A stretch of DNA of 64,000 bases, from positions 2,601,595 to 2,665,594 of the forward strand of contig OZ245880.1 of the NCBI GenBank assembly GCA_965229495.1, read 5' to 3'. The notes under the pieces are model-generated. The model ran no database searches. It saw nothing but the letters and a program-made list of their open reading frames with translations, and was not told the origin of the DNA. Origin of the DNA: Gammaproteobacteria bacterium. Lineage in GTDB: Bacteria > Pseudomonadota > Gammaproteobacteria > CBDBNL01 > G965229495. The position numbers were made by a program, and so were the translations under genes. Shown piece after piece: positions 9,434 to 18,490 of the stretch; position 1 is the stretch's first letter; each line of letters opens with the position of its first letter.

Positions 9434-10453
9434 ATGGCATCTGAACTTACTGAAAATATATTGCTCAATGACATCAAATCGATTCTTGAGCACGCCAGAT
9501 CGCAGGTCAAGCAAACCGTAAATTCAGCTATGGTGCAGGCCTACTGGAAAATTGGTCAGCTGATTGTCGAAAATGAGCAACAAGGCAACCAACGCGCTGA
9601 ATATGGGAAATCGGTGCTGCAGGATTTATCGAAGCAGCTAAGCGCAGAATACGGCAAAGGCTTTGAAGAGCGGAATTTACGCTATATGCGCAAATTCTAC
9701 CAGCTCTTCCCAATTTGGAACGCACTGCGTTCCGAATTGAGCTGGACGCACTACCGAGCCTTGATCCGTGTCGACAACGAACGCGCACGCACATGGTATA
9801 TGCAAGAGGCGCAACAGCAAGCCTGGTCTGCCAGAGCGCTTGAGCGACAAATAAGCACGCTTTACTATGAGCGCCTACTTGCCAGCAAAGAAAAAGCACC
9901 CGTAGAGCAGGAAGCACAAGAAAAAGCTCAAGCGACCGCCGAAACCAGTAAAGATTATTTGCGCGATCCCTACATACTAGACTTCTTAAACCTACAGGAT
10001 AAAAGCTACCAGGAGTCCGATTTAGAGCAGAGTATCATTAATAACCTACAGCAGTTTTTACTCGAACTGGGCAAAGGCTTTGCCTTTGTCGAGCGCCAAC
10101 AACGCCTTCGCTTTGACGATGAGGACTTTTACATCGACCTCGTATTTTACAATTTTAGACTCAAGTGCTTTTTGCTGATTGATCTAAAAATTGACAAGCT
10201 CAAGCACCAAGACATTGGACAAATGGACACCTACGTCCGCATCTACGATGAAAAAATTAAAAGCGACGACGACAATCCCACGATAGGCTTGTTATTGTGC
10301 AGTGAAAAAAGTGAAGCTATCGCAAAATACTCCATACTAGCTGACCAACAGCAACTATTTGCGTCGAAATACATCGCCTACCTTCCGAGCGAAGAAGAAC
10401 TAAAACGCGAGCTAGAAAAAGAACGCGAGCAATTACAACTCACCTCGCAATAG
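9434..10453 (+). CDS. YhcG/DUF1016-family PD-(D/E)XK nuclease-domain protein
   Basis: YWKIG...RAEYG, LSWTHY, WSARALERQI, DPYILDFL, ELGKGFAFV, YIDLVFYN...IDLK, GQMDTYV, DNPTIGLLLC. Confidence 0.92.
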   Translation: MASELTENILLNDIKSILEHARSQVKQTVNSAMVQAYWKIGQLIVENEQQGNQRAEYGKSVLQDLSKQLSAEYGKGFEERNLRYMRKFYQLFPIWNALRSELSWTHYRALIRVDNERARTWYMQEAQQQAWSARALERQISTLYYERLLASKEKAPVEQEAQEKAQATAETSKDYLRDPYILDFLNLQDKSYQESDLEQSIINNLQQFLLELGKGFAFVERQQRLRFDDEDFYIDLVFYNFRLKCFLLIDLKIDKLKHQDIGQMDTYVRIYDEKIKSDDDNPTIGLLLCSEKSEAIAKYSILADQQQLFASKYIAYLPSEEELKRELEKEREQLQLTSQ

Positions 10454-10556
10454 AATAATCCTTATAGATTTTGCCGTTTCACCACTTTGGCAGCAAAGCC
10501 AATTGCCCAGCAGCCCATCATGATCAATGATTTTCTGATGCCTGCTGTTGCAGGGG

Positions 10557-12419
10557 TTACGGTAGGCGGAAGGTGGAGAGTGTGTTGGCGTCCTGACCGA
10601 TGACAAATAGTTGGCGGCCGTCGGTGCTGATGGCGCTGCTGTAGCCATTGAGGCCGTCTATGCCGTTGACTTCGTTGTTGAAGCGAGTTAGGTAGGTCAA
10701 TTCGCCACTGCTAGTGTTGCGGTCGAATACTACTACTCCGTCGTCCCAATTGGCGACGAATAGCCTGCTGTTGTCAGGGCTCAGAGAGATGTCCGTCGGT
10801 CCCGATAAGCCGCTGATGCCGTCGACGCCATCTTTGTACACCCCCTGATAGCTGATGCTGTCATTATCAGAGGTGTCTCTGGCGAATACGGCTATGGCTT
10901 TATCAAAGCTTCCGGCAACGAATATCTGCCGGCCATCGGCGGTTAGCTGTATGCCTCGGGCTCGGTTCAAGCCGTCAACGCCGTCCTCGCCATCGATAAA
11001 GCTCTGACGGTAGCTGAGCTCACCACTATCGAGGTCGCGGTCGAATACTACTAATGCATCATCGTTCCGACCAGCGACAAACACTTGCCTGCCGTCTGGA
11101 CTTACTGTTACATACCAAGGGATAGCTAGACCATCGACGCCATCCTCGCCATCTTTGAAAGTGCTGCGGTAGCTGAGTTTGCCACTAGCATCACGGTCGA
11201 AGACGACCAAAGAGCCGACGACTTCGCCAGTGGCGAAACCACCAATAACGAATACCTGGCTATCGTCGGGGCTGAGTGCGATCGTAACTGCGCTGTGTAG
11301 GCCATCGACACCATCAATGCCGTCTTCGTAGATGGCGTTTAGAGATAGCTCGCCGTTAGCGTCGCGGTCGAAGACCACCAAGCTATGATCCAAATTTCCA
11401 GCGACAAATACCTGGCTGCCATCGGCGCTCAGGGCTATGCCGGTGGCGCCTCCCAGGCCATCTATAGCATCGACGCCGTTTTTGTACACCGTTCGGTACC
11501 GCAGGCTGCAACTGGCGCCATGGCGGTCGAATACTGCCAGCGCGTCGTCGTCATATCCGGTTACGAATACTTGTTCGTTATCTGGGCTCAGTTCAACAAA
11601 GGGAGCATAAGCCAAGCCATCGACCGCATTGCTGCCAAAAGCAGAATTCTGTCCGTCCCAGGCTAACTGCTCTTGATAAATGCCGCTGGCGTCGTAAGCC
11701 AGCACGGCGGCGCCGCGCAGGTCGAAGCCGCCGACGATTTCATGGATGTCGTCGAGTATGCTGACTGTGCCTTGGTAGGTGGCGCTAACTGTGCCCACTG
11801 GGGCGAAGGCGATGGTTATTAAGGTGCTGTCGCCAGCCGCGAGGCTGAAGTTGCTTGGGTCGGCGCTAAAGGCGCTGCTGACTTCCAGGCTGAAGCTGAG
11901 GCTGTAGCTATTGCTGCTGGCGCCGCTATTGGTAAACTCAAAGGTGCGCTCGGCGCTGGAATTCACCAATACTTGGCCGAAGCCGAAGAGGTTGGTGGGG
12001 AAGATTTCGGCGGCTTGTACTTCTATCTTGACTTCGGCGCTATCGCTAAGTTCGCCGTCGTCGACTGTGAGGGTGAAGGTGTAAGTGCCAGGCTTGGCGG
12101 CGGTGAAGGTGGTGCTGGCGCTGCTGGTGGAGCTAAGGTCGATTGCCTGGTTGGCGGGCTGGCGCCAGGTGTAGGTGAGCGCGTCGTTGTCGGGGTCGCT
12201 GCTGGCGCTGCCGTCGAGGGTTATCTCGGTCTGAGTGTCGGGCCTGCTGCTTTGTAGGTCGGGGCTGACGCTAATGCTGGCAGTGGGGGCTTGGTTGGTG
12301 GTCTTGTCTCGGCTGCGATTGATCGCATCGGTGCTATCGCAAGCGCTAAGGATTATGGCGGCGAGGGCGAACGGTGCGAGCTTGAGGTGGTTTGGAAAGT
12401 GACTGGGAGATTTAGGCAT
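10557..12419 (-). CDS. Lipoprotein: PKD/Ig-like domains plus lactonase-type beta-propeller (paralog 1)
   Basis: Lipobox ILSAC; LDGSASSDPDND...YTW...GTYTFTLTVDDG PKD motif; repeated VFDRD...DGVDGL...SPDG blades. Confidence 0.8.
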   Translation of the reverse strand: MPKSPSHFPNHLKLAPFALAAIILSACDSTDAINRSRDKTTNQAPTASISVSPDLQSSRPDTQTEITLDGSASSDPDNDALTYTWRQPANQAIDLSSTSSASTTFTAAKPGTYTFTLTVDDGELSDSAEVKIEVQAAEIFPTNLFGFGQVLVNSSAERTFEFTNSGASSNSYSLSFSLEVSSAFSADPSNFSLAAGDSTLITIAFAPVGTVSATYQGTVSILDDIHEIVGGFDLRGAAVLAYDASGIYQEQLAWDGQNSAFGSNAVDGLAYAPFVELSPDNEQVFVTGYDDDALAVFDRHGASCSLRYRTVYKNGVDAIDGLGGATGIALSADGSQVFVAGNLDHSLVVFDRDANGELSLNAIYEDGIDGVDGLHSAVTIALSPDDSQVFVIGGFATGEVVGSLVVFDRDASGKLSYRSTFKDGEDGVDGLAIPWYVTVSPDGRQVFVAGRNDDALVVFDRDLDSGELSYRQSFIDGEDGVDGLNRARGIQLTADGRQIFVAGSFDKAIAVFARDTSDNDSISYQGVYKDGVDGISGLSGPTDISLSPDNSRLFVANWDDGVVVFDRNTSSGELTYLTRFNNEVNGIDGLNGYSSAISTDGRQLFVIGQDANTLSTFRLP

Positions 12420-12479
12420 GGTTAAAGATAGCCTGTGGCACTTTTTCCATGGCGGGTCGGAGGTGGCTGATCCAGGTTA

Positions 12480-14315
12480 CTACGGCAAATGGAATACAGA
12501 CAGCGAGTCGGAGTCAATTCCAACCACAAACAATTGACCGCCATCTGAACTGGTGGTAATGGCGTAACTATTCAGGTTGCCTAAGCCGTTGGTGTCGTTT
12601 TTTAATTGAGTCAGGTAGGTCAATTCGCCACTGCTGGTGTCGCGGTCGAATACTGTTATGCCGTCGTCCCAATTGGAGACGAATAATTTGCTGTTGTCGG
12701 GGCTCAGGGCGGTATCCGCTGGTCCCGATAAGCCGCTGATGCCGTCGACGCCATTTCTGTATACTCTCTGATAGCTGATGCTGTCATTGTTAGAGGTGTC
12801 TCGAGTGAATACCGCTATGGCCTCATCAAAGGTTCCAGTTACGAATATTTGGCTGCCATCGGCGCTCAACTCTATGCATCTGCCTCGGTTCAAACCGTCG
12901 ACGCCGTCCTTGCCATCAAAAAAGGTTTGGCGATAGCTCAGCTCGCCGCTGGCTTGGTCGCGATCAAATACTACCAATGAATCGTCTTCCCGACCAGCGA
13001 CAAATACTTGTCTACCGTCTGGACTTACTTCTAAATACCAAGGGTTACTCATGCCCTCGACGCCGCCGACGCCATTTTGGAAATAAGTGCGGTAGCTAAG
13101 TTCGCCGCTGGCATCACGGTCGAATACTGACAAAGTATCTCGTGGCCAACCGATTACGAATACCTGGCTATTATCGGGACTCAGCGCTATCTCGACCGCG
13201 CCCCGTATGCCTTCGACACCTCCGACTTCGTCTTTGAGTATAGTGGCCAAGGATAGTTCGCCGTCAGCGTCGCGGTCGAAGACCACCAAGCTGTGATCCG
13301 AGCCGCCAGCGGCAAATACTTGACTACCATCGGCGCTTACGGCGACACCGACAATGCTGCCCAGACCCTCAATACCATCGACGCCGTTTTTATACACCGC
13401 TCGGTAACTCAAGCCGCCGCTGGCAACATCGCGGTCGAAGACTACCAGAGCGTTATCTTCATGTCCGGTTACAAAAATTTGCTCGCCATCAGGGCTCAGC
13501 GCTATCGAAACGGGGTAATCCAAGCCATCAATGGCATCGTTAGCAAAAGCCGAGTTATAGCCATCCCAAACTAGCTGCTCTTGATAGATGCCGCTGGTGT
13601 CGTAAGCCAGCACGGCGGCTCCGCGCAGGTCGTAGCCGCCGACGGTTTCATTGACGCTGTCGATTATGCTGACTGTGCCCGCGTAGGTGGTGCTGACTGT
13701 TCCTACTGGGGCGAAGGTGATGGTGATCAGGGTGCTGTCGCCAGCCGCTAGGCTGAAGCTGCTCTGGTCGGCGCTAAAGGCGCTGCTGGCTTCCAGGCTG
13801 AAGCTGAGGCTGTAGCTATTGCTGTTGGCGCCGTTATTGGTAAATTCAAAGGCGCGCTCGGCGCTGGAATTCACCAATACTTGACCGAAGCCGAAGAGGT
13901 TGGTGAACAATACTTCTTTTTCTTGCACTGCTATCTGGACTTCGGCGCTGGCGTCGAATTCGCCGTCGTCGACCGTGAGGGTGAAGGTGTAAGTGCCAGC
14001 GGCGGCGGCGGAGAAGGTGGTGATGGCGCTGTTAGTGGAGCTGAGGTCGATTGCCTGGTTGGCGGGCTGGCGCCAAGTGTAAGTGAGCTGGTCGTTATCA
14101 GGGTCGCTGCTGGCGCTGCCGTCGAGGGTTATCGAGGACCCGGTGCTGGGAGTGGTGCTTTGCGGGTCGGGGCTGATGCTGATGCTGGCGGTGGGAGCTT
14201 GGTTGGTGGTGTTCGGGCTCTCGGCGTTGGCAGTGTTCTCGGCATCGCATGCGCCAAGGATTATGGCGGCGAAGGCGATTAGTGCGAGCTGGAGGCGGCT
14301 GGGGGATGTGAGCAT
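12480..14315 (-). CDS. Lipoprotein: PKD/Ig-like domains plus lactonase-type beta-propeller (paralog 2); start re-assigned to 14315
   Basis: MLTSPSRLQLALIAFAAIILGAC lipobox; colinear with paralog 1; the longer ORF-track extension overlaps the upstream gene. Confidence 0.8.
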   Translation of the reverse strand: MLTSPSRLQLALIAFAAIILGACDAENTANAESPNTTNQAPTASISISPDPQSTTPSTGSSITLDGSASSDPDNDQLTYTWRQPANQAIDLSSTNSAITTFSAAAAGTYTFTLTVDDGEFDASAEVQIAVQEKEVLFTNLFGFGQVLVNSSAERAFEFTNNGANSNSYSLSFSLEASSAFSADQSSFSLAAGDSTLITITFAPVGTVSTTYAGTVSIIDSVNETVGGYDLRGAAVLAYDTSGIYQEQLVWDGYNSAFANDAIDGLDYPVSIALSPDGEQIFVTGHEDNALVVFDRDVASGGLSYRAVYKNGVDGIEGLGSIVGVAVSADGSQVFAAGGSDHSLVVFDRDADGELSLATILKDEVGGVEGIRGAVEIALSPDNSQVFVIGWPRDTLSVFDRDASGELSYRTYFQNGVGGVEGMSNPWYLEVSPDGRQVFVAGREDDSLVVFDRDQASGELSYRQTFFDGKDGVDGLNRGRCIELSADGSQIFVTGTFDEAIAVFTRDTSNNDSISYQRVYRNGVDGISGLSGPADTALSPDNSKLFVSNWDDGITVFDRDTSSGELTYLTQLKNDTNGLGNLNSYAITTSSDGGQLFVVGIDSDSLSVFHLP

Positions 14316-14343
14316 GGTCGGACAATGTAGTGCACAATCAAAG

Positions 14344-14865
14344 TCATAGGCTTTCCAGTACCTGCCAGCGGACGAGGTTGGCGCGGGTGAGGCGGGTGAT
14401 GGCGTAGAAGATGGCGTGGTATTGTTTGCCGTCTTGCTGGTAAGCGGCGATGAAGTAGCGCTGCGAGTCGACGTCGCCGACGAGGTTGCGGTCATCGAAG
14501 ATGTGGTTGGCCCAGAGCGAGTCGCTGCCGCAAGCGCGACCCAGGCAATCGAATAGTATCTCGGCGTCTGCGGGGAGCTGCTGGCGGTACCACTGCTCGG
14601 CGAATTGCAGTTGGTGGCCATTAGGTAGTTGTAAGACTTTGAGTGAATATTCGCGGACATTGAGCAGGAGCATGTTTTCGCTGTTTATCTCCTGCCCGAG
14701 TTTGCGCAGCGCGGCGGCGTGGGCGATGACCAGGGTGTTGCTGGCGCTGCTGTGCTCGCGTAAGCTGGCGCCTGGGTAGTCTTGATAGTCGCTACTGGCG
14801 TAAGTGGCGCTGGCGCCGAGGAGGTGGATTACGAGCAGCGCTAGTCGGCGCGTGGTGGTGAACAT
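14344..14865 (-). CDS. Exported DUF4892-like protein
   Basis: Signal peptide; ILFDCLGRACGSDSLWANHIF motif. Confidence 0.7.
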   Translation of the reverse strand: MFTTTRRLALLVIHLLGASATYASSDYQDYPGASLREHSSASNTLVIAHAAALRKLGQEINSENMLLLNVREYSLKVLQLPNGHQLQFAEQWYRQQLPADAEILFDCLGRACGSDSLWANHIFDDRNLVGDVDSQRYFIAAYQQDGKQYHAIFYAITRLTRANLVRWQVLESL

Positions 14866-15474
14866 TTATTGCTTGCTCTTAAATAGTTCGGGCGCGCGGC
14901 GCTCGATCTGCCAGCAGAGAAAAGAGGCGGCGCGGGCGCGATGGCCGACGGAGTTCTTGAGCGCGGGATGCATTTGCGCGATGCTGCAATTATGCATCGC
15001 GGGGTAAAAGATGCTGTCGTAGCCAAAGCCGTATTTGCCTTGCTCGGTCTCGCCAATAACGCCGTCCCAGTGGGCTTCGCCGATTAGCGGACAAGGGTCG
15101 TCTGGGGCGCGCACGAGCACGAGGACGCAATAAAAATAAGCGCTGCGGTCGGTGATGCCTTGCATGTTTTTCAGCAGTAATGCGCGGTTGGCAGCGTCGT
15201 CGGCGTCGTTGCCTGCGTAACGGCTGGAATAGAGCCCAGGGGCGCCGCCAAGCGCGCGCACGAGTAGACCAGTGTCGTCTGCCAGGGCTGGCGCCGATTG
15301 CCGCGCCGACATGGCGCGGGCTTTGATGAGCGCGTTCTCGACGAAGCTGCTGGCAGTTTCGGACACTTGCTGATAATCGGGCACGACGACCAGGTCGAGC
15401 TCGGGCAGCTTGACTTGCAATTCGCGCAGTTTGCCGGCGTTGGCAGTGGCGAGGTAGATTTTGTTGGTAGCCAT
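14866..15474 (-). CDS. rdgB: Non-canonical purine NTP pyrophosphatase (Ham1 family)
   Basis: ATANAGKLRE, ENALIKAR, ADDTGL, GAPGLYSSRY, GFGYDSIF, GHRARA. Confidence 0.95.
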   Translation of the reverse strand: MATNKIYLATANAGKLRELQVKLPELDLVVVPDYQQVSETASSFVENALIKARAMSARQSAPALADDTGLLVRALGGAPGLYSSRYAGNDADDAANRALLLKNMQGITDRSAYFYCVLVLVRAPDDPCPLIGEAHWDGVIGETEQGKYGFGYDSIFYPAMHNCSIAQMHPALKNSVGHRARAASFLCWQIERRAPELFKSKQ

Positions 15475-17225
15475 TAGGTCGCGGCGTAACCAAGATTGCC
15501 CGCTAAGCCGATGATCTCGGGCGTGTTGACTTTATCGACTTTTACACTGGGGCGCGCGCGCAAATAGCGCAGGAAGCTATCCCAGACTGGTTCGCCGCTG
15601 GATTGCGCGCCGACCGTCGACCAGCCGGCGACTTTGTACATTTTGTCGGCTTGCAGAGGCTCGCCACCGGTGAGGTACATCTGGTCGATGCGCTGGCCGG
15701 CGGCAGCGGTGGGGTTGATGCGGTAGTTCATGCCGGCGATGCGCACCATGTCGCCGCCTTGCTGATAGTAAGGGTCGGGGTTGAAGATGTTATCGGCGAC
15801 GTCTTCAAAGATTAGCTTGAGGTCGGCGCCGCTGATGGGGCGGCTGTAGGTTTCGGGGTAAGTCATCGCCGTTTGCCCGTAGACATCTTCAGCGCTGATG
15901 GTGTTGCCAGCGGGCACTGATGGCCCCCAGCGAAATCCCGGGGAGAGCGCGATTTCGGCGTCGTTGGCTTCGAGCAAGGCTTCGCATAATAACTGGTCGA
16001 AGCTGCCGTTGAAGTTGCCGCGGCGGTAAAGGTCGCTCTCGGCGAGGCTGAGTGGCTCGGCGAGTTGCTCGGCGTAAGGCGCACGGACGCTGTCGATGTG
16101 CGCTTGCATCTGCGCGTCTGCCGGTAGTAAATCGGGGAAGATCGGCAGCAGGCGGTATTGATAACCGCTGACGCGACCGTTCTTGGTTTCAAGGTCGAGC
16201 ACGCCTAAGAATTTGCTGTGCGAGCCGCCGTTGGCGACGATGGTCATGCCTTCGGGGTTGCGGACTTCCTGCGCTATCGGCACGGCGTCGTGGGTGTGGC
16301 CGCCGAGGATGGCGTCGATGCCCACGACTTCGGAGGCGAGCTTTCTGTCGGTGTCCATGCCGTTGTGCGATAGCAAAACTACGGCGTCGGGGCGTTCGTC
16401 GGCGCGGATGGCGCTGACCAGGCTCTGCAATTCGTCGGCGCGCACGCCAAAGCTCCAATGCGGGATGAAGCGGTGGGGGTTGGCGATGGGCGTGTAGGGA
16501 AAGGCTTGGCCGATGACCACGAGCTTGCGGCCGCCGAGCTCGCGCACGGTGTAGGGTTTGAAGGCGAGGGCGTTGTCGATGTCGTAAGCGGGGACGTCTT
16601 CGAACAAGGCGTCTTCGGTGAGGCGGACGTTCTGCGCCAGGAACTCGCCGTTGAATTTCTCGATTAGCGCGTGGATTTCGTCTTCAGGGTAAGTGAATTC
16701 CCAGTGGCCGGTCATGGCGTCGACGCCGAGGAGGTTGGTGGCTTCGACCATGTCGTTGCCGCGTGTCCAGAGGGCGGTGGCGGAGCCTTGCCAGGTGTCG
16801 CCGCCGTCGAGCAAGATGCTGGCGCCGTCGGCGTATTCGGCGCGCATTTTGGCGATTAAGGTCGCCAAGTGGGCAAAGCCGCCCATGCGCCCGAATGCGC
16901 GCGCGGAAGCGGTGAAATCGAGGTGGCTGAAAGCGTGCACCAGGGCGGGGTCGCTAATGCCGTAACGCGCCATCGCCGCCTTGCCAACGAGGTGCGGTGG
17001 GGTGTTGAGCACGGAGTTGAAGCCGAGGTTTACCGAGGGCTCGCGGAAGTAAACGGGTAAGAGCTGGGCGTGGGTGTCGGTCATGTGCAGGATGCGCATG
17101 TTGCCCGAGGGAGCAAATTCGTAGATTCTGGAGTTTAGGTTGCGTCGGGGGCGGCTGGCGCAACTGGAGAGGCTACTCAGCGCGCCGAGGGCGGCTGCCA
17201 TTTGCATAAAATCGCGGCGGTTCAT
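15474..17225 (-). CDS. soxB: Thiosulfohydrolase SoxB (Tat-exported); likely start 17225
   Basis: MNRRDFMQ Tat motif; TDTHAQLLPVYFREPSVNLG, DGGDTWQGS, GHWEFT, GGHTHD, NPDPYYQQGGDMVR. Confidence 0.95.
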   Translation of the reverse strand: MNRRDFMQMAAALGALSSLSSCASRPRRNLNSRIYEFAPSGNMRILHMTDTHAQLLPVYFREPSVNLGFNSVLNTPPHLVGKAAMARYGISDPALVHAFSHLDFTASARAFGRMGGFAHLATLIAKMRAEYADGASILLDGGDTWQGSATALWTRGNDMVEATNLLGVDAMTGHWEFTYPEDEIHALIEKFNGEFLAQNVRLTEDALFEDVPAYDIDNALAFKPYTVRELGGRKLVVIGQAFPYTPIANPHRFIPHWSFGVRADELQSLVSAIRADERPDAVVLLSHNGMDTDRKLASEVVGIDAILGGHTHDAVPIAQEVRNPEGMTIVANGGSHSKFLGVLDLETKNGRVSGYQYRLLPIFPDLLPADAQMQAHIDSVRAPYAEQLAEPLSLAESDLYRRGNFNGSFDQLLCEALLEANDAEIALSPGFRWGPSVPAGNTISAEDVYGQTAMTYPETYSRPISGADLKLIFEDVADNIFNPDPYYQQGGDMVRIAGMNYRINPTAAAGQRIDQMYLTGGEPLQADKMYKVAGWSTVGAQSSGEPVWDSFLRYLRARPSVKVDKVNTPEIIGLAGNLGYAAT

Positions 17226-17384
17226 GTTTTCGTTGTTAGTAATGGAAGGCTTGGTGGGCAATTATACAGACAAGCGGCAATGGTCTGGGGGCGTCAATAC
17301 GCGCAATATCTTGGCGCGGGAGTGCGATTGTGGCTGGTTATGTAATTAGAATACGCCATCGCTAAAAGAGCTCAGCGCATATCG

Positions 17385-18482
17385 ATGAAAACCCTGCTAA
17401 TAACTAGCTTTTGCCTACTCTGCGCCTCGGCTCAGGCTGATATTAAGATAGCAGTGGCGGGCCCACACAGCGGCGCTTATGCGGCTTTGGGCGCGCAATT
17501 CTGGCTGGGTGCCAACCGAGCGGCGGACGAGATTAACCAGCTCGGCGGCATCAACGGCGAGACCATCGTACTGGTAAAAGCTGACGACGCTTGTGAACCG
17601 GCAAAAGCTCAGGCGCTAGCGCAAGAGCTGGTGCAAGACGAAGAGCTCAACGCCGTGCTCGGGCATTTGTGTTCGTCGAGCTCGATCCCGGCTTCGGTGC
17701 TCTACGACGAGGCTAACTTATTAATGGTTAGCCCGGGGAGCACCAATCCGTTGCTCACCGAGCGCGAGCTCAAGGGCGTGCTGCGCACTATAGGTAGAGA
17801 CGACCAGCAGGGCGAAGTCGCCGCTGACTTCATGGTCAATAATCTGCAGAGCAAGCGCATAGTGATATTGCACGGCGAGGATAAGTACGGCGCTGGCTTG
17901 GCAGCGGCAGTGGTCGAGCGTTTGCGCGCCCAAAGCGTCGAGCCTTTGAGCACGCAGACCATAGCGCCAGAATCGACTGACTACGCCAGCGTTGCCGAGC
18001 AAGTATTGCAATCGCGGGCCGACGCCGTCTATTTCGGCGGCTTGCACTTGGAGGCTGGAGCTTTGCTTCGAGCTCTGAAAGACGCCGATTACACTGGAGC
18101 ATTCCTGGCGGGCAATTCGGTGGTCAACGACGAGTTTATCGCCGTCGCTGGCGGGCTACCATTCGTAGAAAATGTTTACACTACTTTCAACCTGGAGGCT
18201 AGCGACGTGCCAGCAGCGCAGAGGGTAGTAAGCTCGCTGCGTGCCGAGGGTCACGACCCCAAAGGTTACACCCTGCGCGCCTATGCTGGCTTGCAAGTCA
18301 TAGCAGCGGCCCTACGCGCGCGCGGCAAGCGCGGCGGCGCCACTCTCGCGAGCTGGCTGAAAGCAGTGCCAATCCCCACTGTGATGGGAATATTAGAATT
18401 CGACGCCCAAGGCGACCTCAAAGCACCAGACTATCAGATGCACAAATGGGACGCTAACGGCAATTATGTTTTAGCCAATTAA
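17385..18482 (+). CDS. Branched-chain amino acid ABC transporter substrate-binding protein (LivJ/LivK family)
   Basis: Signal peptide; AGPHSG, DDACEP, GHLCSSSSIPAS, RDDQQG. Confidence 0.9.
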   Translation: MKTLLITSFCLLCASAQADIKIAVAGPHSGAYAALGAQFWLGANRAADEINQLGGINGETIVLVKADDACEPAKAQALAQELVQDEELNAVLGHLCSSSSIPASVLYDEANLLMVSPGSTNPLLTERELKGVLRTIGRDDQQGEVAADFMVNNLQSKRIVILHGEDKYGAGLAAAVVERLRAQSVEPLSTQTIAPESTDYASVAEQVLQSRADAVYFGGLHLEAGALLRALKDADYTGAFLAGNSVVNDEFIAVAGGLPFVENVYTTFNLEASDVPAAQRVVSSLRAEGHDPKGYTLRAYAGLQVIAAALRARGKRGGATLASWLKAVPIPTVMGILEFDAQGDLKAPDYQMHKWDANGNYVLAN

Positions 18483-18490
18483 TAAGAACT

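Noticed and set aside
14316-14660. Ser/Thr-rich N-terminal extension of the 726-aa ORF
   Set aside because: Alternative frame of the DUF4892-like gene; lipoprotein signal begins at 14315
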